Shown piece by piece: positions 3,900 to 6,841 of a stretch of 6,841 nt of DNA (its first letter is position 1; every line of letters starts with the position of its first letter). The notes below the pieces were generated by a model. That model searched no databases, was not told the origin of the DNA, and saw only the letters and a program-made list of their open reading frames with translations. The position numbers and the translations under genes are program-made. Source of the stretch: a virus. The stretch lies in IMG/VR virus record IMGVR_UViG_3300011982_000005, positions 1 to 6,841 of that record. One strand, 5' to 3'.

Positions 3900-5978
3900 T
3901 TAAACACGTGGCATACCAGATACGGACATATCGCTAATATACTGAACAGAGAAACGAGAAGAAATACGGAAAGGGTCGGTTTTTTCTGTACCATCATAAT
4001 TGACTTCTACAACTTCATTCGTTACAGCAGGGTCGACAAACAAAAAGTTTGTCGGTACACCTTTGTACTCCATAGTCGAAGTAGAAACAGCAAACGAACT
4101 ACCTGCACGATATGCACGCAAGTTCAAACCAAGTTCAGCGTTAAAATAAGTAGGACGATGAACGCTTAACACCTGCATACTACGACCAGTCTTAAACTCT
4201 CCGTGGATATAATCTGCACCAGACTTAAATTCATGGTAACGAGGTTGCCAACCATAAACTTTATTAACATCAAACAACTGATTAGTACTACCAAGCGCCT
4301 GACCAACACTCAAAGGGCCTGAATGATTACCAAACATTTTACCATAAACGTTGGCAACCTCATTTTTATGTTCAAGAAAATACTTCTGCATTTGACCAGT
4401 CAAATCAGGCAAACGATACGATGAAAACTTAATCCAAGGAGGCAACAAACGAGAAAACTCGATTGGCTGCATGCCAAGGTCTTCTGTTTCAGGTACAAAA
4501 TAGTCTTCACGAGCAAACTTGACATTGAAAGCGTCGATACCATCTGCATCATAAAGAGTAGCAGGAGAAAACCAAGAAAGGCACATCAATACACCATGTT
4601 CACGTGCATCAAAATTAACGTGCCCACTCTGACCAGAATCAATGTAACTGCCTTGCTGTCCAAAATTTGTTGAACTATCATCAGTGCGACCATCAGAAGT
4701 CGCAATAACTGGACTAACCTCGAGGGCTTTTTGGAAACCACCAACGTAAATACTTTGTATCAAATCATCAGCAACATCTACACCATAATGAGCCATCATT
4801 TGGCCTTTATAAGTCTTAGGCGCACGGCTTGTTATTTGAGCCATCTTATCAAGGGCCATCAAATTACGAAGAGAAGCAGCAGAGATTGTAACATCAGAAG
4901 AATTTAAAGGACGCTGTAAAACGTCATTAGCTTCAAAGAAAGCACGATTATTACCAACAAATGTTTTAATAGTTGATGAAACATCATCAACAAACAAAGG
5001 TGATGGATGGATATTACTCAACAAATCCTTACTATACTTAACGTAACGAGGTGAAAAAAAATCAAGAGCGCGATCCGCACATTCCTTGGTAGGCTTAAAA
5101 TCGAACAGAAACTTCTGCGAAGACTTATCAAACAAATCATCGACATTATACGCAAGCGGATTCACATTCTCATAGTTTGTATCTAAGAAATGGTCTTGAT
5201 AGATCTTCTGATAAGCAAGCCAATAAAACATATTAGCTTCATAATTCATCATGTCAGAAGTAACAGAATTAACGTTGATATTTTCACCAATAAAAGGCAT
5301 AGCACCATATTTCATCATATCCGATAAACGAATATAAGAATATAAGATATTATAACCGAAAATATCAGTCATACCTGGAGAAGTAGCAAGTATTTCGCCG
5401 AAAGGTTTTTTTAAATCTGTAGGTTCAAACTTTTTAGTAGGAACATTATTAACAGCAGAAGCACGAATACCACCAAACGTGCCACCTTGGTGAAATTCAT
5501 TAGTAACACTACTACTACCGGAAGAACTGGAAGCAGAACCAGCAAAAGAAACATAATCAAAACGTTGACCGTCAGCATCCGAGATGCCTGCAAAACGCGC
5601 AAAAACTTGATAAGGCTTGAAACTAGGAGCGCGCATCTTAGAACCTTGCTTAAAATTATAAGCAAGCAAACTACTTGAAGTAGTATTCTTAGGATTAACA
5701 CCAGAGAACAGAGCCTTTGAACTACTACACATCAAACGAGCAGGAACAAAATAAAAAGCAAAATTCTGCTTCATACCAAGGAACGGCCGGCCTTGCAACG
5801 TCTGTGCCTGAACGATACTCGTAGTATCAATACTCACATGATCATGAGGATTTAAAAACATCTGAAACACGGGTAACAACATGCCTGCTGGCTGTGTGTA
5901 CAAATGGGTTTCGCTCCTATCGAAACCATTACGAGGCCGTTTGGCTGGGCCAACGTCAATTTTTGGAACTTTAGACAT
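3900..5978 (-). CDS. VP1: Major capsid protein (Microviridae F/VP1 family)
   Basis: 692 aa. The N-terminus RPRNGFDRSETHLYTQPAGMLLPVFQMFLNPHDHVSID follows the F-protein pattern (N.FDLS....T...G.L.P.....LPGD-like). FAFYFVPARLM and the C-terminal GWQPRYHEFKSGADYIHGEF also fit the family. The size fits the large-capsid (Alpavirinae-like) microviruses. Confidence 0.93.
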   Translation of the reverse strand: MSKVPKIDVGPAKRPRNGFDRSETHLYTQPAGMLLPVFQMFLNPHDHVSIDTTSIVQAQTLQGRPFLGMKQNFAFYFVPARLMCSSSKALFSGVNPKNTTSSSLLAYNFKQGSKMRAPSFKPYQVFARFAGISDADGQRFDYVSFAGSASSSSGSSSVTNEFHQGGTFGGIRASAVNNVPTKKFEPTDLKKPFGEILATSPGMTDIFGYNILYSYIRLSDMMKYGAMPFIGENINVNSVTSDMMNYEANMFYWLAYQKIYQDHFLDTNYENVNPLAYNVDDLFDKSSQKFLFDFKPTKECADRALDFFSPRYVKYSKDLLSNIHPSPLFVDDVSSTIKTFVGNNRAFFEANDVLQRPLNSSDVTISAASLRNLMALDKMAQITSRAPKTYKGQMMAHYGVDVADDLIQSIYVGGFQKALEVSPVIATSDGRTDDSSTNFGQQGSYIDSGQSGHVNFDAREHGVLMCLSWFSPATLYDADGIDAFNVKFAREDYFVPETEDLGMQPIEFSRLLPPWIKFSSYRLPDLTGQMQKYFLEHKNEVANVYGKMFGNHSGPLSVGQALGSTNQLFDVNKVYGWQPRYHEFKSGADYIHGEFKTGRSMQVLSVHRPTYFNAELGLNLRAYRAGSSFAVSTSTMEYKGVPTNFLFVDPAVTNEVVEVNYDGTEKTDPFRISSRFSVQYISDMSVSGMPRV

Positions 5979-6006
5979 AATAAAAAACTTTAATTAAACA
6001 TATAAA

Positions 6007-6841
6007 TTAATCCGTTAAACTATCTAATACATGAGCATTTGCACGCTTACTTTTAGTATGCAATTTCAAATCATCTTTAATCTTATCAGAATACTTTTTA
6101 AAGTGAGGTTGATTAAACTCATAAAAATTCGATAAACGCTCATCATTACGAATTCCACGAATGTAAAACCGACCTAAATTAAGATTATAACTTTTAGCAA
6201 TGTCATACATCCAAGGATATTTATCAATAATATCACAATAATATTTTGGCAAGCGCATTAAAAAAGAATAATCAATGCAGGATTGAATATCAAACTCAGG
6301 ATAATCAACAGCAACAGGATAAATATCATCAGCAGGCCATGTCAAATTACGATATAAATTATCCATATACTGATATTGCTGAAATAACTGAAATTGCGCA
6401 TACTGATAATGAAACCAATCTAACATCTCCATATAATGTAATGGATGAGTGTCAAAATGTAAACACCATCTTAGACAAGCGCGAGCAGCTGCAATATCGG
6501 CGGAATGAAACCAAGAATCTTCGGCATTATAACTATCTCCTAATTCATTAATAGCACGCGTAGGGTATAACTTCGTATTCTTTTTATACCATTCCAGGCA
6601 AGCGAGAGAAGCAGAAGCATCTACTTTTTCGATTCCATCGACTTTTTTATATTTGATAAATCGCGTATATAGACGTAATTTATCCCAATCAGATAACGTG
6701 CTATACTCAAAGCACTTTGGGAAATATCGACATACAACACTCGGGGGAATTGGGTAAACAAGAGTTTGTTTTCCTTGCTTTGTAATTGTCGTATCACTTC
6801 GAAATATAGTTCGTTCAAGGTATAATCCTTGTACTTTTTCA
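6007..6841 (-). CDS. VP4: Replication initiation protein, C-terminal part (codons about 318-595). 6743-6841 duplicates 1-99.
   Basis: The same frame as the 1-1052 piece continues through the junction (codon 351 uses bases 2, 1 and 6742). The reading is ...QTLVYPIPPSVVCRYFPKCFEYSTLSDWDKLRLYTRFIKYKKVDGIEKVDASASLACLEWYKKNTKLYPTRAINELGDSYNAEDSWFHSADIAAARACLRWCLHFDTHPLHYMEMLDWF..., without any stop, down to TAA 6009-6007. The track's 141-aa ORF (6007-6432) is only the tail from the first internal ATG. Confidence 0.9.
   Translation of the reverse strand, partial: EKVQGLYLERTIFRSDTTITKQGKQTLVYPIPPSVVCRYFPKCFEYSTLSDWDKLRLYTRFIKYKKVDGIEKVDASASLACLEWYKKNTKLYPTRAINELGDSYNAEDSWFHSADIAAARACLRWCLHFDTHPLHYMEMLDWFHYQYAQFQLFQQYQYMDNLYRNLTWPADDIYPVAVDYPEFDIQSCIDYSFLMRLPKYYCDIIDKYPWMYDIAKSYNLNLGRFYIRGIRNDERLSNFYEFNQPHFKKYSDKIKDDLKLHTKSKRANAHVLDSLTD
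6743..6841. repeat. Terminal direct repeat, copy 2 (identical to 1-99)
   Basis: Base-for-base identity with 1-99. The offset of 6742 nt defines the genome length. Confidence 0.95.

Noticed and set aside
5411-5701. A 96-aa extremely Leu/Val-rich ORF overprinted on VP1 in another frame of the same strand. This invites comparison with phiX174 lysis protein E, which is overprinted on gene D.
   Set aside because: It coincides with the Ser/Thr-rich part of VP1, where the shifted frame automatically yields Leu/Val codons. The same effect produces hydrophobic phantom ORFs at 2179-2580 and 3440-3538. There is no independent start context or other support. It would only merit revisiting if conserved in relatives.
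243-6551. Plus-strand ORFs in the track (243-467, 647-859, 1281-1532, 1949-2131, 5487-5678, 6246-6551).
   Set aside because: All are antisense to strongly supported minus-strand genes or the structured non-coding block. They are low-complexity or Lys/Asn-rich, as expected from an A-rich strand, and microviruses transcribe one strand only.
6621-6818. A 65-aa minus-strand ORF (TTG start) near the window end.
   Set aside because: It lies out of frame inside the uninterrupted Rep reading frame and has no recognisable features. It is an artefact of ORF calling on the truncated end.

Overview
The window is one complete circular ssDNA phage genome of the family Microviridae. It is linearised inside its replication gene and carries a 99-nt terminal overlap (1-99 is identical to 6743-6841), so the unit length is 6742 nt. 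All convincing genes are on the minus strand, which is therefore the mRNA and virion sense. In that sense the order is: a very AT-rich promoter region, an M15-family zinc peptidase (endolysin-like, 144 aa), a 64-aa ORF, the HUH replication initiator (595 aa), major capsid protein VP1 (692 aa), a 146-aa acidic scaffold-like protein, DNA pilot protein VP2 (about 380 aa), two tiny membrane-protein ORFs (29 and 40 aa), an intrinsic terminator with a cUUCGg tetraloop, and a 217-nt GC-rich, hairpin-dense non-coding block. The replication initiator crosses the linearisation point, so it is missing from the supplied ORF track; only out-of-frame fragments and its last 141 codons appear there. The two tiny ORFs fall below the track cutoff. 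Large VP1 and Rep, the low-GC coding sequence, near-absence of Shine-Dalgarno motifs and a TAnnTTTG promoter-like box suggest a Bacteroidota-infecting (Alpavirinae-like) microvirus, but that is inference only. I found no rRNA, tRNA, CRISPR array, transposase or integrase. The points most worth follow-up are the muralytic peptidase in a microvirus, the two unannotated membrane micro-ORFs as possible holin-type partners, and the compositionally foreign structured non-coding block. All translations and base-pairings were done by hand and no database search was possible.
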